The position numbers and the translations under genes are program-made. The notes below the pieces were generated by a model. The model had not been told where the DNA came from. It made no database searches and saw only the letters and a list, made by a program, of their open reading frames with translations. Shown here piece by piece: positions 13,601 to 26,414 of a DNA stretch of 64,000 bases. Source of the DNA: Felis catus (taxonomy: Eukaryota); NCBI RefSeq assembly GCF_018350175.1, contig NC_058377.1, positions 21,142,001 to 21,206,000 on the forward strand, read 5' to 3'. The first letter of the stretch is position 1. The number at the start of each line of letters is the position of its first letter.

Positions 13601-13827
13601 GGGGAGCCTGGGTGGCTCAGTCAGTTAAGCATCTGACTCTTAATTTCGACTTAGGTCATGATCTTGGCTCAGGTAATGATCTCACAGTTCATGTGTTTGA
13701 GCCCTGCACTGGGGGTCCGTGCTGACAGCACTGAGCCTGCTTGGGATTCTCTCTTTCCCTCTCTCTCTGTCCTTTCCCAATTTTAGCATTCTCTCTCTCT
13801 CTATCAAAATAAATAAACTTAAAAAAA
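13601..13827 (+). mobile_element. Can-SINE (SINEC) with short internal duplication
   Basis: SINEC head; aggtcatgatct...aggtaatgatct duplicated; (CT)n and poly-A. Confidence 0.92.
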
Positions 13828-15148
13828 TGAATCCAACATCTTTTAAATGTAGCATTATGTTGAACATTTGGCACTAACTGTTATGTGTCACATAAATCTT
13901 TTTTTGCTAATAAATATCCTCAGTTACTTCAGCCATTCCTTAAAAGACAAGATTTCTGATACTTTTTCTGAAAATTTCTAGTTTTTCTAAATCACAGAAA
14001 GTATTGTAACCCAAATTGGAAACAATAATCCAACTGTTGCTTGAGTATTAAGAAAATAAATTTCCATTTTCTAGAATCTCTTTAATTTCTTTGCAATCTA
14101 AATGAAATATATATTAGCCTTTCTTTAAAAAATCACATTGTTGTCTCGTATTGAATTTAATCTAAAATTTGTAGTTGTATTTTGCACATGTTCTAATAAT
14201 CCATACTTCTATCATCTTTCAATTTGGTAGAGAGTACATGAGAAATACATGATAAGAAGACACCAGGTGTTTTTCGTCCAAAACCTTTCTCATATTTTGG
14301 GAATAAGTGTAGTTTTCTGGCCTCCACCACCAACATGAAGTCCAATTAACTTAAACCATTTATAATCCTCTGCTTCTCTGGCCATAGTGATGGAATATAT
14401 TACCTAAATTTTGGCCATTGTGTCACTCCCCTGGGATTAGTTGAATTTATAAACAAAGGAAGACAGTTTTCACTATGGGAGAAGTTGTTGAGGTGTAAGT
14501 ATGCTATGTTCTTACCTTATGAGGCGGTAGCTTTCTTCCTGGGTGAAGGAACCCTCGACAAGCAGACTAGCAGAATTCCAGGTGGGATGGTATTGGTAGT
14601 TGCCCAGTTCTTCAGGTTTTGATTCGGAGTTCGAATTCTAGTAAGGAAAATGATTCAGGTCAAAATAACAACTTCTAACAGAGTTGTGAATCCTATGTTT
14701 ATTAATTGTAGAAAACAAGTTACTCTTTCTTATTTTGAATTAAATGAAAATTTAATCATTATGCCATTTGATAAGTATGACATTAATGTATACATATAGG
14801 ATACCCCAAAGGATATAGGAAAGAGTCATTAGAAATAACAGTAGTTGAATTACCATATTGTAACCTGAAACTAGTTATTAGACTGCATGTTAATTAACTG
14901 GAATTTGAATAAAGACTTAAAAAAAAGAAATAATGGTAGTAACTCTCCTACTAACTAGCTCAAAAAAAATCTAAAACTTGGTATTTTCTGTTAAAAATTA
15001 GAAATATCTTAATTATAACTTTCTTGAATTTTCCTCTGGTCAGCTGGAATCATAGGTTGCCCTAGAGTGATGGAAGAGATTCAAGAGATACCAACATTAT
15101 GAATGTCCCTTGATGAGGAATAAAATAATGATCTCCATAAAATTATTT

Positions 15149-15150
<2 letters not shown>

Positions 15151-15214
<64 letters not shown>
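15151..15214 (+). repeat. Compound microsatellite (TC)18(AC)~14
   Basis: Directly visible; ends ~52 bp upstream of the ATG at 15267. Confidence 0.97.
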
Positions 15215-15266
15215 CACAAGTACACTCATTTTCTGTTTTTTAAGCTTAGAACCAGATGAGAGGATA

Positions 15267-16203
15267 ATGGACCCTGGAAATAATTCCACAGTAACTGAGT
15301 TCATCCTCGCTGGGCTAACAGAGAAGACCGGATTCCAGCTGCCCCTTTTCTTCTTCTTCCTAGGAGTCTATGTGGTCACGGTGGTGGGGAACCTGGCCAT
15401 GATCACACTGATAGGGCTCAGTGCTCACCTGCACACCCCCATGTACTATTTCCTCAGCAATTTGTCCTTCATTGATCTCTGTCATTCCACTGTCATTACC
15501 CCCAAAATGCTGGCGAACTTTGTGACTGAGACGAACATAATTTCCTACTCAGCATGCATGACTCAGCTCTATTTCTTCCTTGTTTTTTGCTATCTCAGAG
15601 TGTCACATGTTAGCTGCAATGGCTTATGACCGCTATGCTGCCATCTGCAACCCCTTGCTTTACAATGTCGTCATGTCTTCACACATCTGCTTCCGGCTCA
15701 CAGTGGGAGTTTATATTTTGGGCATCGTTGGATCTACAATCCATACGGGTTTTATGATGAGGCTCCTTTTCTGCCAGAGCAATGTGATTAACCATTATTT
15801 CTGTGATCTCTTTCCACTCCTGGAGATATCCTGTTCCAGCATCTTCATCAATGAATTATTGGTCCTAGTCTTGAGTGCATTTAACATTCTGACTCCTGCC
15901 TTCACCATCCTTGCCTCCTACATCTTCATCATTGCCAGCATCCTCCGCATCCGCTCCACCGAGGGCAGGTGCAAAGCCTTCAGGACCTGCAGCTCCCACA
16001 TCTCCGCTGTTGCCGTTTTCTTTGGATCTGCTACGTTCATGTACCTGCAGCCATCATCTGTGAGCTCCATGGACCGAGGGAGAGTGTCCTCTGTGTTTTA
16101 TACCACCATTGTGCCCATGCTGAACCCCTTGATCTATAGTCTGCAGAATAAGGATGTCAAATTTGCCCTGAAGAAAATTCTGGGCAGTAGAAAATGTTCA
16201 TGA
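15267..16203 (+). pseudogene. OR8G5: OR8G5/OR8G2-like olfactory receptor with a single +1 frameshift
   Basis: ORFs 15267..15629 and 15580..16203 join into a full 311-aa OR if one T is removed from the T6 run at 15583-15588 (T5 in both paralogues). Sequence ([40 protein letters not shown]) resembles human OR8G5 as recalled. Confidence 0.85.
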
Positions 16204-18534
16204 ATAGAATCAATATCATAATGTCATATCAGAAGCAGGTCTTTCAGATTTGCTGAGATATGTAATGTGTTAGGTTTATTGTACACATTTTTGGAAATCC
16301 AATGACACTTCCCCAAAGAACACAATTCCTAAATTCCCCTCTAGGCCACTCCTGTAAACCTTATTACAGTGATTATGTGTGGAGAAATACTAAGAATGAA
16401 ATCAAAGACTCTTGAGTATGAAAGGAGCCTCAGGTTTATATTTAATAATAATACACACAACAATAATAACGATGATGATGATGATGATGAAGATAATAAT
16501 TATAGCATATGTTATGACATCCTATGAAATTTGAAGTATTGTGTCAAGCATTTTAAGTAAATAACTTTATTTAATATTTATTCTGTCACAGAATGTGCTA
16601 TTTTCCTTCGAAAGATGAGGATATAGAACCTTATTTGGTTTGTAGGTGCCCTGGTCCTAAACATAATAACGATCTTTCTACAAAATTGACTCCATGGCCC
16701 ACAATTTTATTCAAAGTGGTACTTTGGCCCCGGATGATGGTGGATAAGTCTGGGACATCCTTGAGAATTTCTTTCTACACATATATCATCTCCAGTTCCC
16801 TATGTGACTGATGCTTTCGTATAAATAATTTCAACGCGAACTGCACTTTTATTTCATGTGATACAAAGAAAATAATAAAAATCTTTCAAACCTGTACAGA
16901 TCAAAGCCAAAACACAGCAAGCATGGAGACTCATTGTGGAATCTCTTTACAGAGTTTCACGTTATTATACTTGAAAACAACCGGTTTTGTCCTGCTCAGT
17001 TGTATCATTTTCTTGTGGTTCATGTTCTTTTCCCCAATAATTTAGAAAGAGTTGCCGTTTCATGACAATTGTCTCTTTGAGACAACTCTTCTTTCCTTTC
17101 ATATTTTGTTCTTCTGTTTTTGGGCATTTAAGATCTTGTAACTATACATTTACATAATAGTCTAAACTGTTGTCTTGTGTCTCTTCCTGGTTCACACCAT
17201 CCACATCAGTATTGTCAGATCAATGTCCTTAGGATAATGTGCTGTTATTCACCTGATATAAAAAGTTGCAGTATTTACACATAGTTTCCAAATATAGGAC
17301 AAAAATAAATATCTTACCACTCTTGTACCCATTATGTATCCACTCACCGATTGCAAACATTTGTTTTCAAAAAGCTGTCATATTTACTATTTGACTTAAT
17401 TTTCATCAGTTGTGTGAAGCAAGGGAAAAAAGGCTACAAGTGCACCACACACATTAGGTGTGATTCCTAGTCCAGTGTTCTGTCCAACAGACACAGAAAG
17501 ACTCACATAGGACAAACAAAAAGAGTCCTGGTAGGTAGACCTTTGAATTACCTGGGCTTAAGCTTCTATATGAAATACAGACCATGTGAAAGGTAATGGT
17601 CTCATCGTTAAGAAGGAAAAGCCTCTGCAGACCCAGAAAATCATGTTACATTTGGGGTGATGTGGCAAAGCTATGAAAAGAGAAAAGTTACAGAGGACAG
17701 TTCATGAATCACCTCTGGGTCACTGTCAGACATATCTCCTTATTTTAGTGAAGGGAGGTGCTACACATTTTTTAATCAGGGAAGTGAAACAATTAGCTTA
17801 GCATGTTAGTAGTATCACACTTACGCTGGTTGGAAGATAATGGAAAGACAACAAGGCTGAATCAAGACCGGTCAGCAGCCATTTGATTGTTCTAAACAGG
17901 ACACTTCATGCAGTGACATTGGAGCTAGAAAGGAAGGAAAGTCTCAAGAGATTTTTGAAAAGTGGATTGTTCAGACATGGCTGAACCGAGGTGAGTTGAA
18001 GTTACAGGAAACTGTGAGAATGGATACAAATTTCTAATTTGGATTACTAAATGGAAGGATGACGATTGTTGAACTCTCAAGATTAAGCTCACTAAACCTA
18101 AGTAACAATTCATAGCGACGCAACTGGGACACGTAAGTCTTGGCAACATTCAAATTTCTGTCTCCTTGTTTCTCTTTATATATTATCTCCTGAATCTGTA
18201 CATATACACTGACAGAATGAACACTATAGCTACTATGAATTTAATATTTTCATTATTGTGCAATCATTTATGGAAAGGTCTGTTCCTACCCTTCCCTTTT
18301 CTGACTTTAACCAAGTTCCAACTCCCTTCCCACTTCTTTCGTTCAGGACACATCTTAGTCTGTTCACTTGTAAGGTTGCTTTCCCGACACATAGTATTGT
18401 ACCATAAACATTCCAGAATCCTGCAGCCACTGCTATTCCAAAGATAAAAAGCTTTGTAATGCATGGACATATGGGACCTTGCTTGAATTTGAAAGAATTA
18501 TAGTGGAAGGGATTCAAAACAAGAGATCATCTAA

Positions 18535-18845
18535 CATCTTGTTCCTCAATGTGATCCATAGACCAACAGCATTGGAATAGCCTGAGAATTTGTTAAAAAT
18601 TCATAATCTCTAGCCATACACTAGATTTACTAATTCAGAATCTGCATTTGAATGAGATCCCTAGATTACTCTCATGCACACTAAATTTTGAGAAGCTTTT
18701 TAATAAATATTGATATCTGACCTTGGACTTTAAAATTTTGATTTAATTGCTGTGGAGTACACCCTTGGTATTGAGATTAATAAAACTTTTTTTTGATGTT
18801 TTAAAATGTGCATCTAAAATTCGAAAATTGAGAAACACTAAGATG
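18535..18845. mobile_element. MER5-like hAT-Charlie DNA transposon relics
   Basis: Motifs such as cagaatctgcatttgaatgagatccctag...tgcacactaaattttgagaagc resemble MER5A/B; highly diverged. Confidence 0.55.
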
Positions 18846-19295
18846 CAACCAACCTTAAATTTCTTTAAAGAGAATTGAACCTGATATATTTAACCATATT
18901 TTATAAGAGTTTCCCTGATGTGAGCATCCAATTTACCTTGATTCAGATTGGAATGCTTTCAAATATTCCTATTAATGAAAAAAAGTCTGAAAATATATAA
19001 TAAAGGAAAGGAATATGAAACATAGATGCCTGATAATAAAATACAGTAAAACCTTGGTTTGAGAACATAATTCGTTTCAGAAACGTGCTTGTAATCCAAA
19101 GTGCTTGTATATCAAAGCGAATTTCAAGAACTATGGGCTCAGTTGTGATCACGTGACATTCGACCTCATGTACTACTTGTATTGCAAGACATGGATAATT
19201 TACCAAGTTAAAATTTTTCAGAAATGTTTGCTCATCTTGTGGAACACTCACAGAACAAGTTACTCACAATCCAAGGTTTTACTGTACTGTCTTTA

Positions 19296-19515
19296 TTTTT
19301 ATTTTTATTTTTTAACGTTTATTTATTTTTGGGACAGAGAGAGACACAGCATGAACGGGGGAGGGGCAGAGAGAGAGGGAGACACAGAATCAGAAGTGGG
19401 CTCCAGGCTCTGAGCCATCAGCCCAGAGCCCGACGCGGGGCTCGAACTCCCGGACCACGAGATCGTGACCTGGCTGAAGTCGGATGCTTAACCGACTGCG
19501 CCACCCAGGCGCCCC
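19296..19515 (-). mobile_element. Young cat-type Can-SINE
   Basis: CpG-intact body (cccgacgcggggctcgaac, accgactgcgccacccaggcgcccc); perfect TSD tgtactgtcttta at 19283-19295 and 19516-19528. Confidence 0.98.
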
Positions 19516-21782
19516 TGTACTGTCTTTAAATACACAATTTAGCAAATGGAATTATTGGTAACAAGGACCTCAAAAAGGCAAATATTATATCAATATTCGG
19601 AGTTCTTGTCCCATAACTTCAAAATTCAATTATACACAGATTTTACTTTTTGAATCAGGTAAGTACGTTACCTACTTATGCATAAAATAAATTACACATA
19701 TTTTGTGCGAGGAAATAGATGGTTCAATCCATTATTTTAAAATTAGTAACCCTATTCCACATAAGACACCTTGGCAGGATATGCCCTGATCCTCTAAAAC
19801 CTGCTATTCACAGTGTGGACTGTGAACCAAAAGCACTGGCTAAGAGTTTGTAAGAAATGGATAATCTGATCCGGCTGGATCACTCTCTGCATTAAAAAAA
19901 AAAAAAAAAAAATCCTAAGGTGCTCCTGTGAGCAAATCTTTATCACTAATTGGTAAGTTCAGAATTGAAAAAGAATCTCTCTAGAAGCAAAAAATTACAC
20001 AACTGGGAAATGCCAACTGCAATTGCTTCTTTTCTCAAGAGCTGGTTGATGAGACATGGAAATCCTCAAGAGTATTTGTCCCCACGTTATTTGGTGCCTG
20101 GCATGCCTAAATCCAGGACCCATTTTCAGAGAGCAGCGATCAGAAGTGATCAGGGAACTGTGAAGGTAAGGGGTTTGCTACTCTGAAGCTGGAGAAACAC
20201 AAACTGGAGACCTACAATTGGAGACGCTGGCCTGTGTCACAGACCTGCTCAAAAAGTGGCTCAGGGACCAGTGGCTGTGCCTGCCGTCTTGGCACTAAAG
20301 ATAGCGGAGTGTGGCGTCCCCAGTACCAGCATGAGTGTTTTCTGCTCTAAGAGCATGTAGAAATACAATCTGGCATTGAAGTTTCTAGGAAGAAGAGAGG
20401 TGACTGTGCTCATCTCACCTTTGTGATTTGAGATGATTAAGTCTGGAAGTAATTACCTTGGAGTTCAGGCAAATATTCCTCAATACATTTATTTATTGAT
20501 TGATTGATCTATAAAATACTTTTGGCAATTCTCCTTAATGTCCCAAACATTGTGCCACACACTTGGGACACAGAGGAGAAGAGGTCTGATTTGGTCCATC
20601 ATCTGACTTCTAAGGTAGTTCAAGTCTGAAAATGTGCTGTTTAGAAATGACAGTTTTCTGAGAATGCAGTTGAAAGGTCTGATCAATTACAAGGAATTGG
20701 ATAATGTTTCAAAAGTTTCTTCAATTTAAATGAGATTTGAAAAGGAAAATGATATTTAACAGACAACAGAGAGACGAAGAATTGGTAAAGCCATTTCATG
20801 TGAAAAAATAGCAAATAAAAAAAGGTAGACAGTTGAGAAAACATGCCATATTCCAGGAGCTGACAGAAGCCAAATGTTTTGTGGTGGAGGAAGACGATAC
20901 AAAAACTAAGGGTGGAGAAAGGCAAGAGTGTGGATTTTTGTACTTAATCCTAAATTCAATTAAGGAAATCTTTTCTCCAGTGTCCCTGAATGGGGATTAT
21001 CAATTGGTTTATGGTTGAGTGTATTTTATCACTAACAATAAATAGTTCATTCCATTTCTAATAAATGTTAGAATATTTTTCCTTACATTGGTTAAAGGGT
21101 ATATATATTCATGAATGTTTCCAGCACATACACACAATGAACTCTCTTCCTGTTTGATAATGCAAGTTATCCCATTACATTCAAATATTTTCCAAACTCT
21201 TGATACTGCTGCATGCTTTCTATAGTGTCAATGCCCCTCCTCCTCAAAAAAAAAAAATCCATAACTAATACAGAACTATGGATATAAATGGATATACGTG
21301 TAGCACAGTGCTTCCTAGCCTCATGGCACACCTGGAATATTTAATATTGATGTGGCATAATGGGGTAAGGGGATGAGATAGTTTGTGGCTGTTGGTGACC
21401 AGCTAAGAGGCTCTGTATGTTCTAAGCTGCCCCCACTATCCTGAGGGCTAAAAAAAAAATACTTCACCATTGTGATCATTTCATGATATTCCAATTCTTC
21501 AGCGCTTGAGTTGGGGGGAAGCTATATTATCGATCTTATGTGGATTATTCATCATCATAGTCTAGCATTTTTATAAATGAAATCAAAATCTCCCATTGAC
21601 ATTTCTTTCACCCACTATTCTATGGGTTTTACTGATTTAATAAGGAATATGCTTATTTTATGTTTTCATAAGAATTACATTCAAACCACATACCGTGTAC
21701 AGGAAGAATTTTTTTAACTTACGTTAGAAGTTAACAATTATTTTCTCCACCGAGTTCTAACTTGTTTGCTTTAACTATTTTC

Positions 21783-22063
21783 TTTTTTTTTAATATGAAA
21801 TTTACTGCCAAATTGGTTTCCATACAACACCCAGTGCTCATCCCAACAGATGCCCTCCTCAATGCCCATCACCCACTTTCCCCTCCCTCCCACCCCCCCA
21901 TCAACCCTCAGTTTATTCTCAGTTTTTAAGAGTCTCTTATGGTTTGTCTCTTTCCCTCTCTGTAACTTTTTTTCCCCTTCCCCTCCCCCATGGTCTTCTG
22001 TTAAGTTTCTCAGGAACCACGTAAGAGTGAAAACATATGGTATCTGTCTTTCTCTGTATGACT
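21783..22063 (-). mobile_element. 5'-truncated felid L1 insertion (~280 bp)
   Basis: Felid L1 3' end (aatatgaaatttactgccaaattggtttccatacaacaccc); TSD gctt(t/g)aactattttc at 21768-21782 and 22064-22078. Confidence 0.92.
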
Positions 22064-24251
22064 GCTTGAACTATTTTCAGTGTCTGGGTTCATTTTCCTG
22101 GTAGTCCTTTAGGGCAGAAGTTATAGTTGTATGATGGTATTGTTGATGGTAGGGTTTACACCATACGACGAGGGAGTGGCAATTTCTCAAACCAAGCTGA
22201 ACTCACAAAAGGAAAACTCCACAGAGTTTGATTCCACAATGCTTTTTACAACTGTACTCCCCACCATGACTACTACAGTCCAAGTAAGTAAATGGTAGAA
22301 GGAAAAGTCTTCAATATTTATGATGTTCAGTGACCTTATCTCATTCTTTGATGTTACATGATTTATATTGTAAACCGGCTCTGGCTGGACTTTTTATTGC
22401 CATTATCATATATGCTGAATTTTTAATGACCAAACTTGAATGTAATAGACAGGGACCCCTATATGCTTAATTTGTCTTTATGTTTATAGGGGGCATAGTT
22501 TTTTTCACAAGAAAGATATTTTTCAGAGCCTTATATTGATCCTATGGACATTAGGCTATGACAAATTATAGAAAATACATTTTTACACTTGCTCTTAGTC
22601 AAAAGGCTGAGAAATGATTAGAAAATACATTTTTAAATAAATAAAAACTCAAATACATTTAGGTTCATAACTCTGAATCAGTTAAGGAAACCATCCAAAA
22701 TTTTTATTTCTCTCTGACTTCACTCTGATTTTATTGCCACATTGTGTCTAATTATAAGGAATATTAGACCTCCTTAAAATCAAGTCTCTACACAATATTT
22801 TCTCTAGCTATTAGCACAGGTCCGTTGGGTTGTTTTAAAAGTCAACTTCACTATTGATTATTAGGCTATTCCTCCCAAATTCATTTAATCCCTAAGTTAG
22901 ATGATCACAACATTTACATCTTAATCTTTAGAAAGTATTGAAAAATATGTAACAAAATAGGAATTAGATTTTAAATTCTATTAGAGCAAGGAGTATGTCA
23001 TTTTACTTTTCATATCTCTATACCTCAGCCCAGTGTCGGGCACTCTGTTGTCCCTCAGTAATTTTTGCTCAATTAAACCAAAGAAAGAGAGAAGCTCTCC
23101 ATTTGAATCAATAGACTGACTTTAACTTCTTAATCCAATTATTACCCAACAATCACCAGAATTACTCTGATAGTTTTGTTTGTTTTCTTTTAATTTTATT
23201 TTTAGAAAGTTCAGTTCTATAAACTTTCTCACCCTCAGAGATTCTGATTCACAATGTCTAGAATAGGGGTAGAAATTTTATATTAAACAAAGTCTCTCCA
23301 GATGAGTTGAGAGAATTTTGAAAGTTATGAATAAAGGAGTTTTGAGAATATTTTTAAATATGCAAAAGCGATTAAGAAAATATCAAAAATAGAATCCAAC
23401 TACTAGATATTGGAATGAGAGGGAAGGTGATGGTTACCACTTTAACTTTTTAATAAAAAGTAATTTTACCTATGACATGGAAAGTTTGTTTAATGTTCAA
23501 AGTTGATAATTCTAGAAATAGCAATATGAACACATTATTTAGAACTCTGGAGGTAACCTTCAGAAAAAAATGGAAAAGAAAAAAAAACTTTACCAGAGAT
23601 ATTCTGCAGACATTACGTTATTGCTCAGGAACAGACCAACAGCACAGGGAGGGTGATTCAAGAAATTCTGTTTTTCATTATAATTATGTTTACAGTCATC
23701 ATTTTTGTAAATACTGTAATTTCCCTAGATAACCCCGATCAACCATATTGAGGAATCCTTGACCACTTTGTGTCAGATATGGTCTTCTACATCTGGCTGA
23801 AGTCTAGCACAGTCTGTAGAGCAACCAGCCCATGGAATTCTATATTACCTACAGCTTATTAGTATTACCTGTGCTACCTGCATATATGAAATAACAATAA
23901 ATTGTGTCTGTGTTCATATTGAACAACTGACATAAAATTCTTCTGACTTGGACAAATAGGATTCTAGAAAGAAAGGCATTTACTGATCCAATATGTATAA
24001 ATTAAGTAAAAACAGATATAAGGAGAAAGGGATATAGAGAATGAAGTCTAGCACAGGAAAATGTGCTAGAGTTTCTATAGTACAATATTTAAAACCTTTT
24101 GAGAATCAATATCATGATTCTCCTCTGATATGATACTAAGTTGATATTTTCCATAAATCCATGAGATGACCAGAAGTAGCCAAATGATCCCTTCAGGACC
24201 CTACATGTGTGTTAATATACTGATTATCTGTTTAGAAGTTCTATCTAGTAA

Positions 24252-24342
24252 GAGTGCCTGGGTGGCTCAGTCAGTTAAGCAGCCAGCTTCGGCTCAGGTC
24301 ATGATCTCATTGTTTGTGAGTTTCAGCCCCACATTGGGCTCT
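24252..24342 (+). mobile_element. Can-SINE 5' half (rest in N gap)
   Basis: gtgcctgggtggctcagtcagttaag... ends at the gap 24343-24517. Confidence 0.9.
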
Positions 24343-24583
24343 NNNNNNNNNNNNNNNNNNNNNNNNNNNNNNNNNNNNNNNNNNNNNNNNNNNNNNNNNN
24401 NNNNNNNNNNNNNNNNNNNNNNNNNNNNNNNNNNNNNNNNNNNNNNNNNNNNNNNNNNNNNNNNNNNNNNNNNNNNNNNNNNNNNNNNNNNNNNNNNNNN
24501 NNNNNNNNNNNNNNNNNTATCTAATAAATATAATATATATATTTATATTATATTATAGTTATATATATATATATATATAACAT

Positions 24584-25403
24584 CTGGCAATACCAGATGT
24601 TGGTGAGCAGCAACTGGACTGATACAAAACTGGTGGGATACCAATATGGCTCAGCCACTTTGGGGAAGAAGTTGGCAATTTCTTGTAGATTGAAATAGAC
24701 AATCCAACAATTAAAGTAAGTCCACATTAAAACAGATCTAGGGATGACAAGTGTGGAGCCTGCTTGGGATTCTCTCTCCCTCTATGCCCCTCCCCTGCTC
24801 TCACACACGCTCTCTCAAGCTCTGTCTCTCTCAAAATAAATAAACTTAAAAAAAAAGTTGCGCTCCCAACAATAGATAATAGCAAGTGGTCACGATATAT
24901 ATATTTAGCTAGTGAGCCTGCTTTGGATACTTATATACTTATATTTTATAAGTATATACTTATATATACTTATATACTTATATATACTTATATACTTATA
25001 TAAGTATATACTTACATAAGTATATAAGTATAATTATATTATATATCTAATAAATATAATNNNNNNNNNNNNNNNNNNNNNNNNNNNNNNNNNNNNNNNN
25101 NNNNNNNNNNNNNNNNNNNNNNNNNNNNNNNNNNNNNNNNNNNNNNNNNNNNNNNNNNNNNNNNNNNNNNNNNNNNNNNNNNNNNNNNNNNNNNNNNNNN
25201 NNNNNNNNNNNNNNNNNNNNNNNNNNNNNNNNNNNNNNNNNNNNNNNNNNNNNNNNNNNNNNNNNNNNNNNNNNNNNNNNNNNNNNNNNNNNNNNNNNNN
25301 NNNNNNNNNNNNNNNNNNNNNNNNNNNNNNNNNNNNNNNNNNNNNNNNNNNNNNNNNNNNNNNNNNNNNNNTAACTATATAACTATATAACTATATAACT
25401 ATA

Positions 25404-25434
<31 letters not shown>

Positions 25435-25749
25435 CGTGACCACTTGCTATTATCTATTGTTGGGAGCGCAACTTTTTTTTTTAAGTTTATTTATTTATTT
25501 TGAGAGAGACAGAGCTTGAGAGAGTGTGTGTGAGAGCAGGGGAGGGGCATAGAGGGAGAGAGAATCCCAAGCAGGCTCCACACTTGTCATCCCTAGATCT
25601 GTTTTAATGTGGACTTACTTTATTGTTGGATTGTCTATTTCAATCTACAAGAAATTGCCAACTTCTTCCCCAAAGTGGCTGAGCCATATTAGTATCCCAC
25701 CAGTTTTGTATCAGTCCAGTTGCTGCTCACCAACATCTGGTATTGCCAG
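24584..25749. repeat. Inverted duplication, arms 24584-24904 and 25425-25749
   Basis: The arms are reverse complements with 2 substitutions and 3 small indels; each holds an L1M fragment plus the 3' half of a SINEC. Confidence 0.93.
24905..25434. repeat. AT-rich low-complexity core (TATATACTTA-like and TAACTATA units, (TA)n) with N gap
   Basis: Directly visible; N gap 25061-25371. Confidence 0.9.
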
Positions 25750-25955
25750 GGTATTTGTGGTTGTTCATCACCCAGTCCAATGTAGGTGTATAGACGTGTC
25801 TCATTTAGTTTTAAATTTTCATGTCCTTGGTGACTAAGGATATTGAGTATATTTTCATATACTTATTGACTATTCAAATGCATTTTTGTGAGGAATCTGT
25901 TCATATATTTTAAACTTTTAAAAGTTGCTTGTATTTACATTAAAATTGCAAACTT
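25590..25955 (-). mobile_element. Old L1M fragment
   Basis: Antisense L1 ORF2-end/3' motifs (cccaaagtggctgagccatattagtatcccaccag, gtctcatttagttttaaattttcatgtcc). Confidence 0.7.
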
Positions 25956-25956
25956 T

Positions 25957-26045
25957 GGGACACCTGGGTGGCTCAGTTGGTTAAGCAACCGACTCTTAAT
26001 TTCGGCTCAAGTCATGATCTCACTATTGGTGAGTTCGAGCCCCAC
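25957..26045 (+). mobile_element. Can-SINE 5' half only
   Basis: SINEC head ending at gagccccac; no CT tract or tail. Confidence 0.85.
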
Positions 26046-26085
26046 CAACTCAAAGCTTGTGCTTTGGGATTAACTGTTCATTTTC

Positions 26086-26303
26086 TTTTCTTTTCCTTTT
26101 TTTTTTTAATGTTTATTTATTTGTTTTTGAGAGAGAGAGAGAGCGCACAAGTAGGGGAGGGACAGAGAGACAGGAAGACACAGAATCCAGAGCAGGCTCT
26201 GGATTCCAAGCTGTCAGCACAGAGCATGACACAGAGCTTCAACCCACGAACCATGGGTTCATGACTTGAGCCGAATTCAGACACTGAGCCACGCAGTCTT
26301 CCC
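26086..26303 (-). mobile_element. Can-SINE (SINEC)
   Basis: Antisense SINEC body and poly-T tail. Confidence 0.9.
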
Positions 26304-26329
26304 ACTTTTCATTTTCTTAATGGTCATTT

Positions 26330-26414
26330 TTATTTTTATTTTTTTTAATATGAAATTTATTGTCAAATTGGTTTCCATACAATACCCAGTGCTTCTCCCA
26401 ACAGGTGCCCTCCT
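26330..26414 (-). mobile_element. Very short felid L1 3' end
   Basis: aatatgaaatttattgtcaaattggtttccatacaatacccagtgc, the same L1 terminus as 21783-22063. Confidence 0.8.

Noticed and set aside
14427-14440. Perfect O/E word TCCCCTGGGA followed by TTAG, ~830 bp upstream of gene 2
   Set aside because: The surrounding sequence resembles an old MaLR/MLT LTR relic, and a single 10-mer is not enough evidence.
19224-19529. Many 60-120-aa ORFs such as MAQSVE... and GQRETEHERGRG...
   Set aside because: These are translations of Can-SINE consensus sequence, not genes.
23444-23456. AACTTTTTAATAA, a 12/13 match to the H/P-element 13-mer
   Set aside because: The mismatch falls in the TAATGA core, and near-matches are expected in DNA this AT-rich; there is no adjacent O/E site.
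24252-25590. Idea that the SINE at 24252 was split by an inversion, with its 3' half now in the inverted arms
   Set aside because: The 175-N gap right after the head is large enough to hold its own 3' half, and no matching TSD links the pieces.
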